A stretch of 63,036 nucleotides of DNA, counting the filler, from Octopus bimaculoides (taxonomy: Eukaryota): assembly GCF_001194135.2 (NCBI RefSeq). It is 7 parts of 7 records of this genome, joined end to end, with 100 filler letters (N's around TTAATTAATTAA, not from the genome) between each part and the next. Parts side by side here need not be neighbours in the genome. Positions count along the whole stretch, not along the records: positions 45,207 to 55,991 come from NC_069002.1; positions 56,092 to 60,612 come from NW_026373564.1; positions 60,713 to 63,036 come from NW_026367738.1; 4 more parts are not named here. One strand, 5' to 3'. A model generated the notes under the pieces. The model did not search any database. It was not told the DNA's origin and saw only the letters and a program-made list of their open reading frames with translations. Each line of letters opens with the position of its first letter. Positions within the stretch are counted from its first letter, which is position 1. Position numbers and translations under genes: made by a program. Of this stretch, positions 49,767 through 63,004 are shown piece by piece.

Positions 49767-50082
49767 NNNNNNNNNNATTTTTTTTTGAGAATGAGATAAA
49801 AATCCAAGGCTGCGAAAGATTTTAGAGCATTCATAAATAGACCTTCTATTTATAAATGTTCTACAATCTTTCACAACCTTGAATTTTTACCTCATTCTGA
49901 AAAAAATTATATATATATATACATGACGGGCTTCTTTCAGTTTCCGTCTATCAAATCCTCTCACAAAGATTTGGTCGGCCCGGAGTTATAGTAGAAGACA
50001 CTTGCCCAAGGTGCCACGCAATGGGACTGAACCCGAAACCATATGGTTGGTAAGCAAGCTACTTACCACATAGCTACTCCTG
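49520..50082 (-). mobile_element. SINE family A, halves separated by a gap and ~130 bp of other sequence
   Basis: Tail at 49520-49715 and head at 49921-50082. Confidence 0.8.
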
Positions 50083-50089
50083 CAACTAT

Positions 50090-50274
50090 GTTGAGATTTG
50101 AGGGGTGGGGGAATGAAGAATTTAGTAAAAAGGTTTTGTTATTATTCAGCTGGTATTCAGAACATAGCATAAACTTCGGATGGAAGGTTTTTAATTTTAG
50201 ATCACTTTAAAACTGCAAGTTTGTATCATATAACCAGCGGCAGTCCCAAGAAGGGATGGTATCAAAAGGGTTAA
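50090..50274. mobile_element. piggyBac-like MITE end; related pieces at 50285-50410, 51150-51228 and 51660-51742
   Basis: GGTATCAAAAGGG|TTAA terminus (CCC-starting TIR plus TTAA); shared GAAAATAA.TGAAGAAT..AGTAAAA..CTTTGTCAT and GCTGGTGTTT.GAACATAA motifs among the pieces. Confidence 0.5.
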
Positions 50275-50414
50275 CTCTGTTGATGCCGTATTTCAGTTGA
50301 AATGCACTGCATGTGTTTTAATTGATTTTGAAAATAATTAAGAATTCAGTAAAATGACTTTGTCATTTTTAATCTCGTGTTTGGAAAATTAATTAACATG
50401 AAATTTTGATCGCT

Positions 50415-51150
50415 GTATTTACTCTTTTACTCTTTTACTTGTTTCAGCCATTTGACTGCGGCTTTGCTGGAGCACCGCCTTTAGTCGAACAAATCGACCC
50501 AGGACTTATTCTTTGTAAACCTAGTACTTATTCTATCGGTTTCTTTTGTCGAACTGCTAAGTCACGGGGACGTAAATACACCAACATCGGTTGTCAAGCG
50601 ATGATGGGAGGACAAGCACAGACACACAACTACATACATACATACATACATATATANNNNNNNNNNNNNNNNNNNNNNNNNNNNNNNNNNNNNNNNNNNN
50701 NNNNNNNNNNNNNNNNNNNNNNNNNNNNNNNNNNNNNNNNNNNNNNNNNNNNNNNNNNNNNNNNNNNNNNNNNNNNNNNNNNNNNNNNNNNNNNNNNNNN
50801 NNNNNNNNNNNNNNNNNNNNNNNNNNNNNNNNNNNNNNNNNNNNNNNNNNNNNNNNNNNNNNNNNNNNNNNNNNNNNNNNNNNNNNNNNNNNNNNNNNNN
50901 NNNNNNNNNNNNNNNNNNNNNNNNNNNNNNNNNNNNNNNNNNNNNNNNNNNNNNNNNNNNNNNNNNNNNNNNNNNNNNNNNNNNNNNNNNNNNNNNNNNN
51001 NNNNNNNNNNNNNNNNNNNNNNNNNNNNNNNNNNNNNNNNNNNNNNNNNNNNNNNTATAGAAGACACTTGCCCAAGGTGTCACGCAGTGGGACTGAACCC
51101 GGAACCATGTGGTTGGGAAGCAAGCTTCTTACCACATAGTCACGCTTGTG
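50415..51150 (-). mobile_element. SINE family A spanning a gap
   Basis: Tail at 50415-50630 and head at 51056-51150. Confidence 0.8.
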
Positions 51151-51227
51151 CCTATTTCTGCTGCATTTGTGTCAAGTATTTTGAAAATAAATGAAGAATA
51201 TTGTAAAACATCTTTGTCATCATTAAA

Positions 51228-51660
51228 GAGGGGTAAGACAGCGAGCTGGCAGAATCGTTAGCACACCGGGCGAAATGCTTAACGGTATTTCGTCTGCCGC
51301 TACGTTCTGAGTTCAAATTCCGTCGACGTCGACTTTGCCTTTCATCCTTCCGGGGTCGATGAAATAAGTACCAGTTACGCACTGGGGTCGATGTAATCGA
51401 CTTATACCCTCCCCCAAAATTTCAGGCCTTGTGCCTATAGTAGAAAGGATTATTAAGGGGGTATTCGACGGTCAGCTGACAGAATCGTTCGCACGCTGGG
51501 CAAGATCCTTAGCATTTCGTCCGTTTTTACGTTGTGAGGTCGACTTTGTCTGTCATCCTTTCAGGGTCGATGAAATAAGTACCAGTTGAACACTGGGGTT
51601 GATGCAATCGACCAAACCCGAAAAACTTGCTGGCCCTGTGCCAAAATCTGAAACCAATAC
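51228..51660 (+). mobile_element. Two head-to-tail family B SINEs
   Basis: The first copy (51228-51455) ends GTAGAAAGGATTATTA and runs directly into the second head. Confidence 0.85.
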
Positions 51661-52301
51661 TAAGCTGGTGTTTCGAACATAAAGATAAAATTTTCATTTA
51701 GATCCCTTTAAAACAAGGCATGCTGGTATCAAAGAACTAACCATTGATCTCTTCGATCATTACAGACTTGTGGTTAAACGGCAGCAACAGTAAGAAAAAC
51801 AACATTATTCCAAGAAGAGGGGAGTGGTAGAAACTTAGAAATTGACGAAGAATTTGGCAAAGATCCTGCGAATAACTTTCTTTTCTAAATTGATTTACGG
51901 TTTTTTTTATTTTCTCTAAACAGACGCAAAAAACGTGATGATTTAAAAAGAAGCTTTTTAAATCAAGATTTTCATTGAGAATATTCTTTACAAATTTGCC
52001 ATTTACTGGAACCATTTAGAAATCAATAAAATAATTTCTACAAGATTCAGTGCTAGATTTTTCAAAAACGGAAGTTAAAACAAAATCAATTTCATATAAA
52101 AGTATTTATATTTATATACAGGTAAAAACCTCCACGAAAAAGAAAAGAAATGAAAACATAACAAAACAAACGAAAAGCAAACAAAATCGCAACTAGATGT
52201 AAACTAGCGATTAGTCTAAGATTAAAGAAAATTCGAAGATTTATGACTAATTTCGAACTTGATTTAACTTACGCATTCCTGGATCTTAAATATTTTCTTA
52301 T

Positions 52302-52950
52302 ATGTGGCTGTGTGGTTAACGAGTTTGCTTCGCAACGAGATGGTTTCCGGTTCAGTTCCACTTCGCATGCGTGGCATCTTGGGCAAGTATCTTCTACCAT
52401 ATTTACCGGAACCAACCAATGCCTTGCGAGGGAATTTGGTAGGTGGAAACTGTGTAGAAACCCCGTCATATCTTTTATTTGTTTCAGCCATTAGATTGCG
52501 GCTATACTGGTGCACCGACTCTAATCACCTATACTTAATCTATCGGTACCTATTCTATCGGTCTCTTTGCCGATCTGCTAAGTTACGGGGACGTAAACAA
52601 AACAAGACCGGTTGTTAAACGATGATTGGGGACAAATACGAAGCCACACACACACTTATAAACATACACAGACGCACCAACATGTTACACACACACGAAC
52701 ACGTACATACACAAATATACACACACGATGGTGACATTTTCCGTCTACCAAATTCATTCAAAAAGGCATTGGCCGACACGGAGCTATAGTAGAAGACATT
52801 TACTCAAGATGCTGCACAGTGGTATTGGACCAGAAACCACGTGGTTGCAGGGTGTTTTGTTTTTCCTCCACTGCTTGACAGCCGGTGGTGGTTTGTTACA
52901 TCCCCGTAACTTAACATATCGGCAAAAAAGACTGATAGAAAATGTACTAG
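52302..52950 (+). mobile_element. SINE family A (plus) split by a nested minus-strand family A copy (52473-52850)
   Basis: Plus head at 52302-52471 and plus 3' part at 52851-52950, with an antisense copy between them. Confidence 0.7.
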
Positions 52951-53602
52951 AAGATATGCAATAAAGTCACTTCTCGTTGAATTCTGTGGACACTGAAAAT
53001 GAATTAAAATCATCTTTAAAAGCTTACTAAACATTCTTCAATTTTATATTGCTGCCGCTGTCAACTTCTGTCGCCTTGATGCTACTTACAGCTAAATGAC
53101 CTCAAGTGTTGCTTGCTAACATTTGGCAACGAACATAATATGTCCTGATGAGAATATGATGAGCCGTATTTCCTTTGTTTGGAGCTGGACAAAAGAACCG
53201 TATTGAACTCCTAATCAAAAACTAAAACACAAATAAAACAAATTCTTTCATTCAGTTACTTCTTTCGGTCGTTGGTGTGAGGCCATACGAGGGCGCTTCC
53301 TTGAAGGATATAGTCGAGAAAATTTACTCCATCCCCACACGTAATGAAAATCGAAATAGAACACGATAAACGGAAAACAACAAATAAATAAGGAAGTCCT
53401 CTCATCAGCAGTAGAAACTAAAATCCGTGTAGTTTCGTTGCGTTTAAAGTGCAAGGATTTTAAACTCCGAGGTAGTACTCTTCTGGTTGCGCCTGTGATA
53501 ATTCATATCGCTGCGGTGGTGGACGTTACAAAGACAAGGACTAAGGATTCAGCAGACAACAACATACAAATGAAATTACAGACAGACACATGCAATAGAA
53601 CT

Positions 53603-53725
53603 CGAAGACGGGCTTCCTCACAGTTCCCGTATACTAAATTTACTCAAAAGCCTTAGTAGAAGATATTGCACTTTATAATGAGACTGAACCACTGAACGTA
53701 GTTGCGAAACGAATTTTCTTACCTA
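53603..53725 (-). mobile_element. SINE family A head, degenerate
   Basis: GACGGGCTTC..CAGTTCCCGT.TACTAAATTTACTCAAAAGCCTT..TAGAAGA. Confidence 0.5.
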
Positions 53726-54486
53726 ACAATCCTTGTTTTAAATTTCCACTTATTGCTTACCAAACACTCCAAATATCAGTATAGAAATCCATAACAAATA
53801 TTCTCATCTGAAGATAGCAATATTTTTGTGCGTACAACATAAAAATTAACTTTCAATGTGTGTTAACAACATCGTGTATGATGCATTTCACTGAAGCAAG
53901 TCTGAACAATGTAGGCACCGAGTGACATTCCGTATGTGTTAGCGACACAGTTTGTGATGCAATCCATTGAGGTAAACATGTGCAATACAGGCACCTAATC
54001 ACATTGCTTCTGTGTTCGCAACAGCGTGTGTAATGCGTTCCATTCCTGTAAGCCAGTAGAATGGAGGCAATCTGCGTGTTTACGTTCCATAGTTTTATTT
54101 CATTAACGAAATATGAAAACAATTCTTGGTTGCCAAAGGCGTGTTTTTCGAGAGCTATTAGTGTTGATTGTTTTAAACTATTTGTCTTCACTTTTAATTG
54201 CATTAACTAAAGATTTCTTGCTTTTCGTTTTTACATCATTTCAAGGAATCATCCAAGGTTTTAATTTTTTTTTAGGAAGTGCAAAAAAGAAAAAGAAGAA
54301 ATTGGAAGAAAAGAAAATTTTTTGCCATTATCACGAAGACAATAAATCGAGAGTCGGTTTCTAGAAGAGTAATTATAAAAGATGAAGAAAACGCTCCCCC
54401 GCCCTTTTATTTGTTTGTCTGTGCCTTTCTTTATCATTTTTCTTTTCTTCACACATGTATGCATGTGTAAGTGCATGTCCGTGTGT

Positions 54487-54525
<39 letters not shown>

Positions 54526-54791
54526 CATGTTTGGGTATTTCTGTGCTATTTATGGTAAAGCGAAATATGTTGTCATTTTTATTTGTAGCTTGAGGTAGTA
54601 GAGTGCTTGAAGAAACGCTTTCCCAGATTAACGCGTACATATGTGTATATATATGTGTGTATATACGTGTGTATATGTGTTATTTTATGAAATATAGCAC
54701 GGCTCTCTCTGTCTATATAAATATCAGTAGTAATGCACACACACAAACACACACACACATACACACACGCACATATATATATTTAAATGTA

Positions 54792-54822
<31 letters not shown>

Positions 54823-54834
54823 GTATATTTTGGA

Positions 54835-55102
54835 ACAGGCGTGGCTTAGGCTTAGGCGTGGTTGTGCGGTAAGAAACTTGCTTCGTAACCACATGGTTCC
54901 GAGTTCCGTCCCACTGTATGGTACCTTGGGCAAGTGTCTTCTACTATAGCCTCGGACCGAACAAAATCTGAGTGGACTGGAGCAATGTGAAATGAAGTGC
55001 TTTGCTTAAGAACACAACAGGTCGCCCAGTCCAGGAATCGAAACCACAATCTTATGATCATGAGTCCAACACTCCTAACCACTAAGCCAAACACCTCCAC
55101 TG

Positions 55103-55143
<41 letters not shown>

Positions 55144-55258
55144 NNNNNNNNNNNNNNNNNNNNNNNNNNNNNNNNNNNNNNNNNNNNNNNNNNNNNNNNN
55201 NNNNNNNNNNNNNNNNNNNNNNNNNNNNNNTATATATATACATATATATATATATATA

Positions 55259-55313
<55 letters not shown>

Positions 55314-55490
55314 ATTCCCCACCACCGCTTGACACATGGTGTTGGTGTGTTTACATCCCCGTAACTTAGCGGTTCAGCAAATTTGACCGATGCAAGAAGT
55401 ACCAGGATTAAATACTGGGGTCAATTCATTTGGCTAAAAGTTCCTCAAAGTGGTGCTCCAGCATGGCTACAGTCTAATGGCTGAAACTGT
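54835..55490 (+). mobile_element. SINE family A with a nested minus-strand family C head (54976-55098)
   Basis: Family A head at 54835-54962, family C head (reverse complement TGGCTTAGTGGTTAGG..GGTTTCGATTCC), family A tail at 55310-55490. Confidence 0.7.
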
Positions 55491-55511
55491 AGGCAAATAT
55501 GTATATATATA

Positions 55512-55650
55512 AGCGCAGGACTGACTGTATGATAAGAAGCTTGCTTCCCAACCACATGGTTCTGGTTTCAGTCTCACTGCGTGGCACCTTGGGCAAGTGT
55601 CTTCTACTATAGCCTCGGGCCGACCAAAGCCTTGTGAGTGGATTTGGTAG
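55512..55650 (+). mobile_element. SINE family A, 5' half
   Basis: AAGAAGCTTGCTTCCCAACCACATGG..GGCACCTTGGGCAAGTGTCTTCTACTATAGCCTCGGGCCGACC. Confidence 0.8.
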
Positions 55651-55801
55651 ACACACACGCACACGTATATATGTGTGTGTGTGTGAATACACACATATTC
55701 TATATGTGTATATTCACTATACATATATAGTGAATATACACATATAGAATATACACGCACATACATAGATACGTGTGCGTGTGTGTATACATATATACAT
55801 A

Positions 55802-55846
<45 letters not shown>

Positions 55847-56092
55847 GTATATACATGCAGTTAAATATATGACCGGTCATAGAATGACTAATGGTTTCGC
55901 ATCCATAAAATGCTTAGCTTTATATATATATGTATATATATTTATATAAAAATTATGTGTGTGTGTGTGAACATATATATATATATATATANNNNNNNNN
56001 NNNNNNNNNNNNNNNNNNNNNNNNNNNNNNNNNNNTTAATTAATTAANNNNNNNNNNNNNNNNNNNNNNNNNNNNNNNNNNNNNNNNNNNNC

Positions 56093-56977
56093 AATGTTGT
56101 CAGTTCAATGTTGTCAGCAGTCTTACAATGGCTTATCTGGCCGAAACTATCAGGTCACACTCAAAAACTTTTTTGTGCACAAAAATGTATATATTGGAGA
56201 TCAATATGTGTAATGACGCATCATTTTATAAGCACATTAGCAAGGTGGCAGCAAAGTGCAGACCACTATCAGGATGGATACGGAGGTCCTCAAGACAAGA
56301 GACTAAGAAACTATGTTGACCCTGTGGAGAACCTTCGTTGTCACCCACCTGGACTTCTGCCCCCAGTCATGGTCACCACATAGCGCCAAACTAACAACGG
56401 AGCTTGAGGCAGTCCAATGTCACTACACTAAAAAGGATTGGAATAGTGCAACGGATAAGCTACATGGACAGGCTGAAAAAACTATAATTTTACTCCCTGG
56501 AGCGAAGATGTAAGAGATATGCAGTAATATACATGTGGAAAATCGTAGAAGGGTTTCTACCCAACTTCGGCATTGAGTGTTATACAAATACCAGAACTGG
56601 CCGTCATTGTATTGTACCAAAGGTGCCATCCACTCCATCTAAATTCAGGACCAGGTACTGCAATAGTCAAGGGTTTGAAACCCCACATCTCTTCAAAGCC
56701 CTGCCACAAAAATTAAGAAATCAGCATAAAGTAGAAGTAGATGTCTTCAAAAAGGAACTAGACATCCTCCTCTCCACAATACTGGATGAACCAACAGCCC
56801 AACATGAGGTGCAGACGAGGGCAGCGGAATCAAACGCCTTCATAAACCAAATGGACCAACATCTGGGAAATAGGTACACACACAAGTGGTGATGTGAAAC
56901 ACTCCAGACTGAGGAAATCAGAAAACCATGGTGGTGCTCCAGCATGACCACAACTGCATGACTGTAACAAGTAAAAG
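56093..56977 (+). mobile_element. CR1-clade LINE 3' end (RT C-terminus + 3' UTR)
   Basis: HISKVAAKC..GWIRR; LWRTFVVTHLDFC..WSPH...LEAVQ..YTKK; WKIVEG..PNFGI..N.RTGRHC; FKKELD.LLSTI.DEP..RAAESN; frameshifted. Confidence 0.88.
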
Positions 56978-59602
56978 TTTGATCGGGTCTTCTTTCAGTA
57001 AATCCACGATCAGAAAGGATGGTTAGGTAGTACAGCACGGCGAGAGGAAGGTACGAATGGTTATGCAAAGCTCCATATCGAGGAAAAATGCATGCTAGCA
57101 GTTTCAAAGGTGTGCAAACATTGAGAGCAGGATATTTTTACCATTCGTTATGTAGTTGACATTAGAGTGAATTAAGTAAAATTACATGTCCTTGTCTTGC
57201 CGTCACTAATAGTTTGTCTTTCGTCACTATTTTAACCAATATAGGAAAAAACAATAACGCGAAGACATGCAAATTATTAATAAGTCGCTCAGAGAAGCAA
57301 AGCTCTTCTTCAAAAACATATCGTGTAAGTCCATCCAAATAAGACATATGAGTAATTCCTGAAATAAAATAGCTTTATGTTGACATAATTTTCTTTACCC
57401 TGATGTACAGGCATTTAATTAAGTAAAATGAATAAGTGAATTCAGTAACTAGATTCATCATGATATTTTATTTCAAGAAAATATTGCCAAAAATGAAACT
57501 ACGTAATGTAAGGTTGAACATTTATAATATACATCCAGTGATTTATCGGTCTTATATATTGATGAAAATGAGAGAAACGAAAAACATGTTGCCCAGATGA
57601 GTGGGAAGGAAAATACAATATATATTGAGAAAAATCAAAGTGAAAAATATTCTTTTTGACAAAAGTGATGATCAGTTGTAAGTAAACTAGTTGAAAATCA
57701 ATAGCATGTGTGTCTGATAACAAAGATTACATAATCAATCTAACGCTGGTAGGAGAGGCTGGAACTCGATACAGTATCACGCTATTTTTTAATCTTTTCA
57801 AGAATCTTGCTTCGGAAAGGTTTGTAGGGACGTGGTCCGAATTCATGTACTGGCGAGGTAATGTTGTTAAATCGAGCTTCGCATATAATTTATCATTGGA
57901 AAGGTATAATAAGGAAGAGAGGGCAGCTATAAAGATTTTGTCTGGATCACAACCAGTATGTAAGTAATAAAACTTCCTATCATCTGAAAAGAAGAAAAGA
58001 GAAAGAATAATTAGCTGTTATTTTCAATGAATTCATAGAATGATTTAGAAAGAGGTCTATTATATTTTAATAAAATACATTTTATGAACTGTAATCATGT
58101 ACATTTTTTTTTTACAAAAGCCAGAAAAATCTTTACCACCAAATCATATAAAGTCCGCAACTTCGTATATAGAAATCGAGCTGAGTTTCTTTTAGACATT
58201 ATAAAGACAAAAACTCCTCATATATAACATGAAGTGTTCTAAAATATTAAACGCTGTGATAAATTACCGTAAGTGTTGACGAGGGAGTTATTACGAAACA
58301 GCCACCAACATCGATTCCATGAGATTCAGTCGTTAGTCGATTTAGGAAAACTAATATCTGTAATACAGAAAAAGAGAGACAACATGAACGGGGATTGTGT
58401 AAAAAGAAACGTTTACCTTGTCTGTGGCTGCACAGAATGCACATTTTTTGAATAAATTTCAATGATGGTAACTCGTATTGATGCGCAAATAATTTGCGAA
58501 TACCAGCACATGGACACGTTTACCTGCACAAACGCGGGAATATGGATTAAACGCCAGTTTTTATTTAGTCAACACTATCCTATCAATAATTCACAAATCC
58601 GGACTCAATGTTTTGTTTCTCGAAGCAATAGATATCGCCTTCTGTCGATTAGTGTTTGTATTACCCAGCTATCATGGGCTTAAAAAGAGACTTATATGGA
58701 AAGTATCTCGTCATACATCAAAGCGATCACACGACGTTTGCATTCGTTGATTCAACAAAAAAACCAACAGCTTAGAAATTACTCAGAGGACGAGATTTTA
58801 TGAAAATAAATACCTATGTTAACGTTAGCAATTAATGGTTATGTCATTTTCATCAAGAATTATCTTTCTAATATAATGCAACGTAGAAACAATTCTGCCA
58901 GCTGTCAGCCTTCTTTTANNNNNNNNNNNNNNNNNNNNNNNNNNNNNNNNNNNNNNNNNNNNNNNNNNNNNNNNNNNNNNNNNNNNNNNNNNNNNNNNNN
59001 NNNNNNNNNNNNNNNNNNNNNNNNNNNNNNNNNNNNNNNNNNNNNNNNNNNNNNNNNNNNNNNNNNNNNNNNNNNNNNNNNNNNNNNNNNNNNNNNNNNN
59101 NNNNNNNNNNNNNNNNNNNNNNNNNNNNNNNNNNNNNNNNNNNNNNNNNNNNNNNNNNNNNNNNNNNNNNNNNNNNNNNNNNNNNNNNNNNNNNNNNNNN
59201 NNNNNNNNNNNNNNNNNNNNNNNNNNNNNNNNNNNNNNNNNNNNNNNNNNNNNNNNNNNNNNNNNNNNNNNNNNNNNNNNNNNNNNNNNNNNNNNNNNNN
59301 NNNNNNNNNNNNNNNNNNNNNNNNNNNNNNNNNNNNNNNNNNNNNNNNNNNNNNNNNNNNNNNNNNNNNNNNNNNNNNNNNNNNNNNNNNNNNNNNNNNN
59401 NNNNNNNNNNNNNNNNNNNNNNNNNNNNNNNNNNNNNNNNNNNNNNNNNNNNNNNNNNNNNNNNNNNNNNNNNNNNNNNNNNNNNNNNNNNNNNNNNNNN
59501 NNNNNNNNNNNNNNNNNNNNNNNNNNNNNNNNNNNNNNNNNNNNNNNNNNNNNNNNNNNNNNNNNNNNNNNNNNNNNNNNNNNNNNNNNNNNNNNNNNNN
59601 NN

Positions 59603-59976
59603 ACTTGCTAATAGAAATTGAAAAAAATGTGGCACCTCAAGGCGACTACCATACCAGTGATTGTAGGATCTCTAGGAATGATAAAAAAAGGTACTGAAAC
59701 CTATTTGAAAATGATACCAGGCTTACCTGGAAGTGCAAAAAATCGTGCTAACTGGAACGACTCATGTACTGAGAAGAGCATTATCGCTGTGAAAACAACA
59801 TCCATTCATGAAATTTTTTTTTCTTAAATACATGTTTTACCTGTGAATTTGCGTGTGTAAACTGGGAATGCATACAACGAGTTTCTCTGCCCTAGGTGTA
59901 CGGAAAACACTCGGCGAGAAATGGAAGAAAATTTGAAGAAAGAAGAAAAAAAACAACATAATAATGATAATAATAA
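59603..59976 (+). mobile_element. R4/Dong-like LINE 3' end
   Basis: MWHLKATTIPVIVGSLGMIKKG..VQKIVLTGTTHVLRRALS; 3' UTR shared with 17212-17300. Confidence 0.85.
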
Positions 59977-60235
59977 AAGGTTACAGAAAACGAGAAATCA
60001 ACCGTACTCTGGGATATGCCAATCAATACACACAGATAGAGAAATTAAGGTCAATAGGCCAGATATAGTTGTCAGAGATCATGAAGAAAATAAAAAAGCT
60101 TTCTAATTGCTGTATCAATACCAGCAGATGACAACGTTTCTCTAAAAGAAATAGAGAAACTTTCAAAATACAAAGATTTGGAAATAGAAGTAACTCGAAT
60201 GTCGAATATAGAAACAGGAACAATTCCTATCATGT
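59977..60235 (+). mobile_element. R4/Dong-like RLE endonuclease fragment
   Basis: ENEKSTVLWDMP..TDREIKVNRPDIVVRD..IAVSIPADDNVSLKEIEKLSKYKDLEIEVTRM. Confidence 0.85.
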
Positions 60236-60239
60236 TGAG

Positions 60240-60597
60240 CGGGATGTCTATGAAGGTCGCGGTGTTGAGGTTGGTCTCGATGGTGATTTTTAATCCCATG
60301 GAGGCAAGTGTGCTAATTAGATCTTTCCTAAGATTGTCTAGTGTGTGACCGTTAGCTCCCCTAGAGATGGCCAGGGTATCATCTCTGTAGAGAACAAAAA
60401 GGACAGAGGGGAACTTTTTCTTACTGGTATTAAGGATATACAACACGGTGAGATCGCATAAATCAGCGCTGTCCTAGACCTCCATTGCTACATCAAAGGA
60501 GACCAAGGGGTTGGATTGCTTAAGCCAGGTCGACCCTCTATTGAACAACACTGTTTTCCTGGTGTGCAAAATGACTTCTACATCTCTGTCACTAACG
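60240..60597 (-). mobile_element. Penelope-like RT fragment (YRDD type)
   Basis: VILHTRKTVLFN..W.KQSN..FDVAM..DSADLCDL..LYILN; LYRDDTLAI..LRKDLI..GLKITIETNL..FID. Confidence 0.85.
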
Positions 60598-61019
60598 CCA
60601 TATATATATATANNNNNNNNNNNNNNNNNNNNNNNNNNNNNNNNNNNNNNNNNNNNTTAATTAATTAANNNNNNNNNNNNNNNNNNNNNNNNNNNNNNNN
60701 NNNNNNNNNNNNTACATACTGGCATGGATGCATTTAATAAGAAGGCAGCTACCAACAGGCTACATATAAATATATAAGAGAAGCCCATGTCTCTAATTAA
60801 TTCTTTGTCCAATGCAATTCCAGCTTACGTAGAAGCACTTGTCACGAAGAAATATTACGCATGGTTTACGTGGAAATAGAAGATGCAGCCGACTTACACA
60901 CCTCCACTTTTAAAGTTGTTATTTAATCCACTTCGCTATACGCATACGGAGACAGGCAAACACATGTAGTGAAGAACAACCACGGAGACACAAAATGCAG
61001 ACACGCATAAACATATATG

Positions 61020-61200
61020 TTTACTTTCTTTAACAAGTTGCGTGGGGCCATGCTGGGGCATCTACATGAGACGTGTTAGATGAACTAATTAATTCTAGTG
61101 CTTATTTTGAATGTCTGATTTCTCTTATGTGTTTCTCTACTTCTTAGCGGAACCGCAGAATAGCGGTGACGTAAACAAACCGACACCAGTTATCCAAACG
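61020..61200 (-). mobile_element. SINE family A 3' half, degenerate
   Basis: GGCCATGCTGGGGCA..GCGGTGACGTAAACAAACCGACACCAG. Confidence 0.5.
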
Positions 61201-61271
61201 CACGTATATACATATATAACCGAAAACCTAGTTTATCAGTCAGCATCATTAGAAAGTAGCGACATAATGGA

Positions 61272-61330
<59 letters not shown>

Positions 61331-62525
61331 TGCTTGTTTATATAAATACATATACGTAAGTATGAATTAACATCAAAAAATATAAGTACGTAAATATATA
61401 TATATATATGTGGGAGAATATACAAAAAATAACAACAGACGAGGACAGGTGGTGTAAATAACAAAAGTATATATNNNNNNNNNNNNNNNNNNNNNNNNNN
61501 NNNNNNNNNNNNNNNNNNNNNNNNNNNNNNNNNNNNNNNNNNNNNNNNNNNNNNNNNNNNNNNNNNNNNNNNNNNNNNNNNNNNNNNNNNNNNNNNNNNN
61601 NNNNNNNNNNNNNNNNNNNNNNNNNNNNNNNNNNNNNNNNNNNNNNNNNNNNNNNNNNNNNNNNNNNNNNNNNNNNNNNNNNNNNNNNNNNNNNNNNNNN
61701 NNNNNNNNNNNNNNNNNNNNNNNNNNNNNNNNNNNNNNNNNNNNNNNNNNNNNNNNNNNNNNNNNNNNNNNNNNNNNNNNNNNNNNNNNNNNNNNNNNNN
61801 NNNNNNNNNNNNNNNNNNNNNNNNNNNNNNNNNNNNNNNNNNNNNNNNNNNNNNNNNNNNNNNNNNNNNNNNNNNNNNNNNNNNNNNNNNNNNNNNNNNN
61901 NNNNNNNNNNNNNNNNNNNNNNNNNNNNNNNNNNNNNNNNNNNNNNNNNNNNNNNNNNNNNNNNNNNNNNNNNNNNNNNNNNNNNNNNNNNNNNNNNNNN
62001 NNNNNNATATATACTTGTATGTATATATATATAATCATGTAGCTATTTACGTATCTATATCTAGGTGTCTGTGTGTGGGAGAAAAAGAAAGTTTGTGTGT
62101 GTGTGTGTTTGTGTGTATCTGTATGTGCGTGTGGAGGGGTAATATGACATGATTTAACATTTCGCATAAGTAAAGAGAATAAATACAACTGTCTTCGAAA
62201 TATACTTTCGAAATATACTTTGTAGCAACTTATGAAACTTCGATCAACAAAGATCATCGAAAGAATTGCAAATTTTCAAAAAAATGCATTAATATGTGAC
62301 CGTATAAGATTCAATGTAGGTTTAAGATATAGGTTGTTTGTAGATAGATATTAATTCACGTGTATATATATACATATATATATATATATTTATATATTCA
62401 TATATATATACACGACAGAAGACAGTGGCACAAAGTACTACTGATAACTACTACAACGACAGATAGCTGGTTCTCTGTGAGCAAAATTTGCGAATAACAA
62501 TTTGTCAGTCAAAAGTGGAATTCAA

Positions 62526-62569
<44 letters not shown>

Positions 62570-63004
62570 NNNNNNNNNNACACACACATAATTTCGTGAG
62601 CATGAGAAAGATAGAAATACAGTTCCACCTAAAACAATGAATTCCATGATTGATATATTTGACGGGACTCTAAATTCCAGAACTTAAATGAGGAAAATAT
62701 CTACAGTTGTATGCTGTATAAAGATTAACTGATTGAACAATTTTTAAAGGTTTAATTAAAAGTACATAAAAGTTAAAGAGATATAACTTGTTCTAAAAAA
62801 AGGCAAAACAGTGGAGCCTGAAACACGTACAGTGATATCTATTTATCTATCTGGCTGTCTGTCCTTCCGTCTGTCTGTCTATATATGTAGCTATCTATCT
62901 ATTTACCTATCTGTCTATGTGTCGAACTGTCTATTCATCCATCTAAATATCAAATTATATATCTATTACTCTCTCTCCCTTCATTCTGCCTCTACCACTT
63001 ACTC

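Noticed and set aside
53283-53350. TACGAGGG mariner-TIR-like start and antisense DFHYVWG peptide
   Set aside because: No partner TIR or further transposase motifs.
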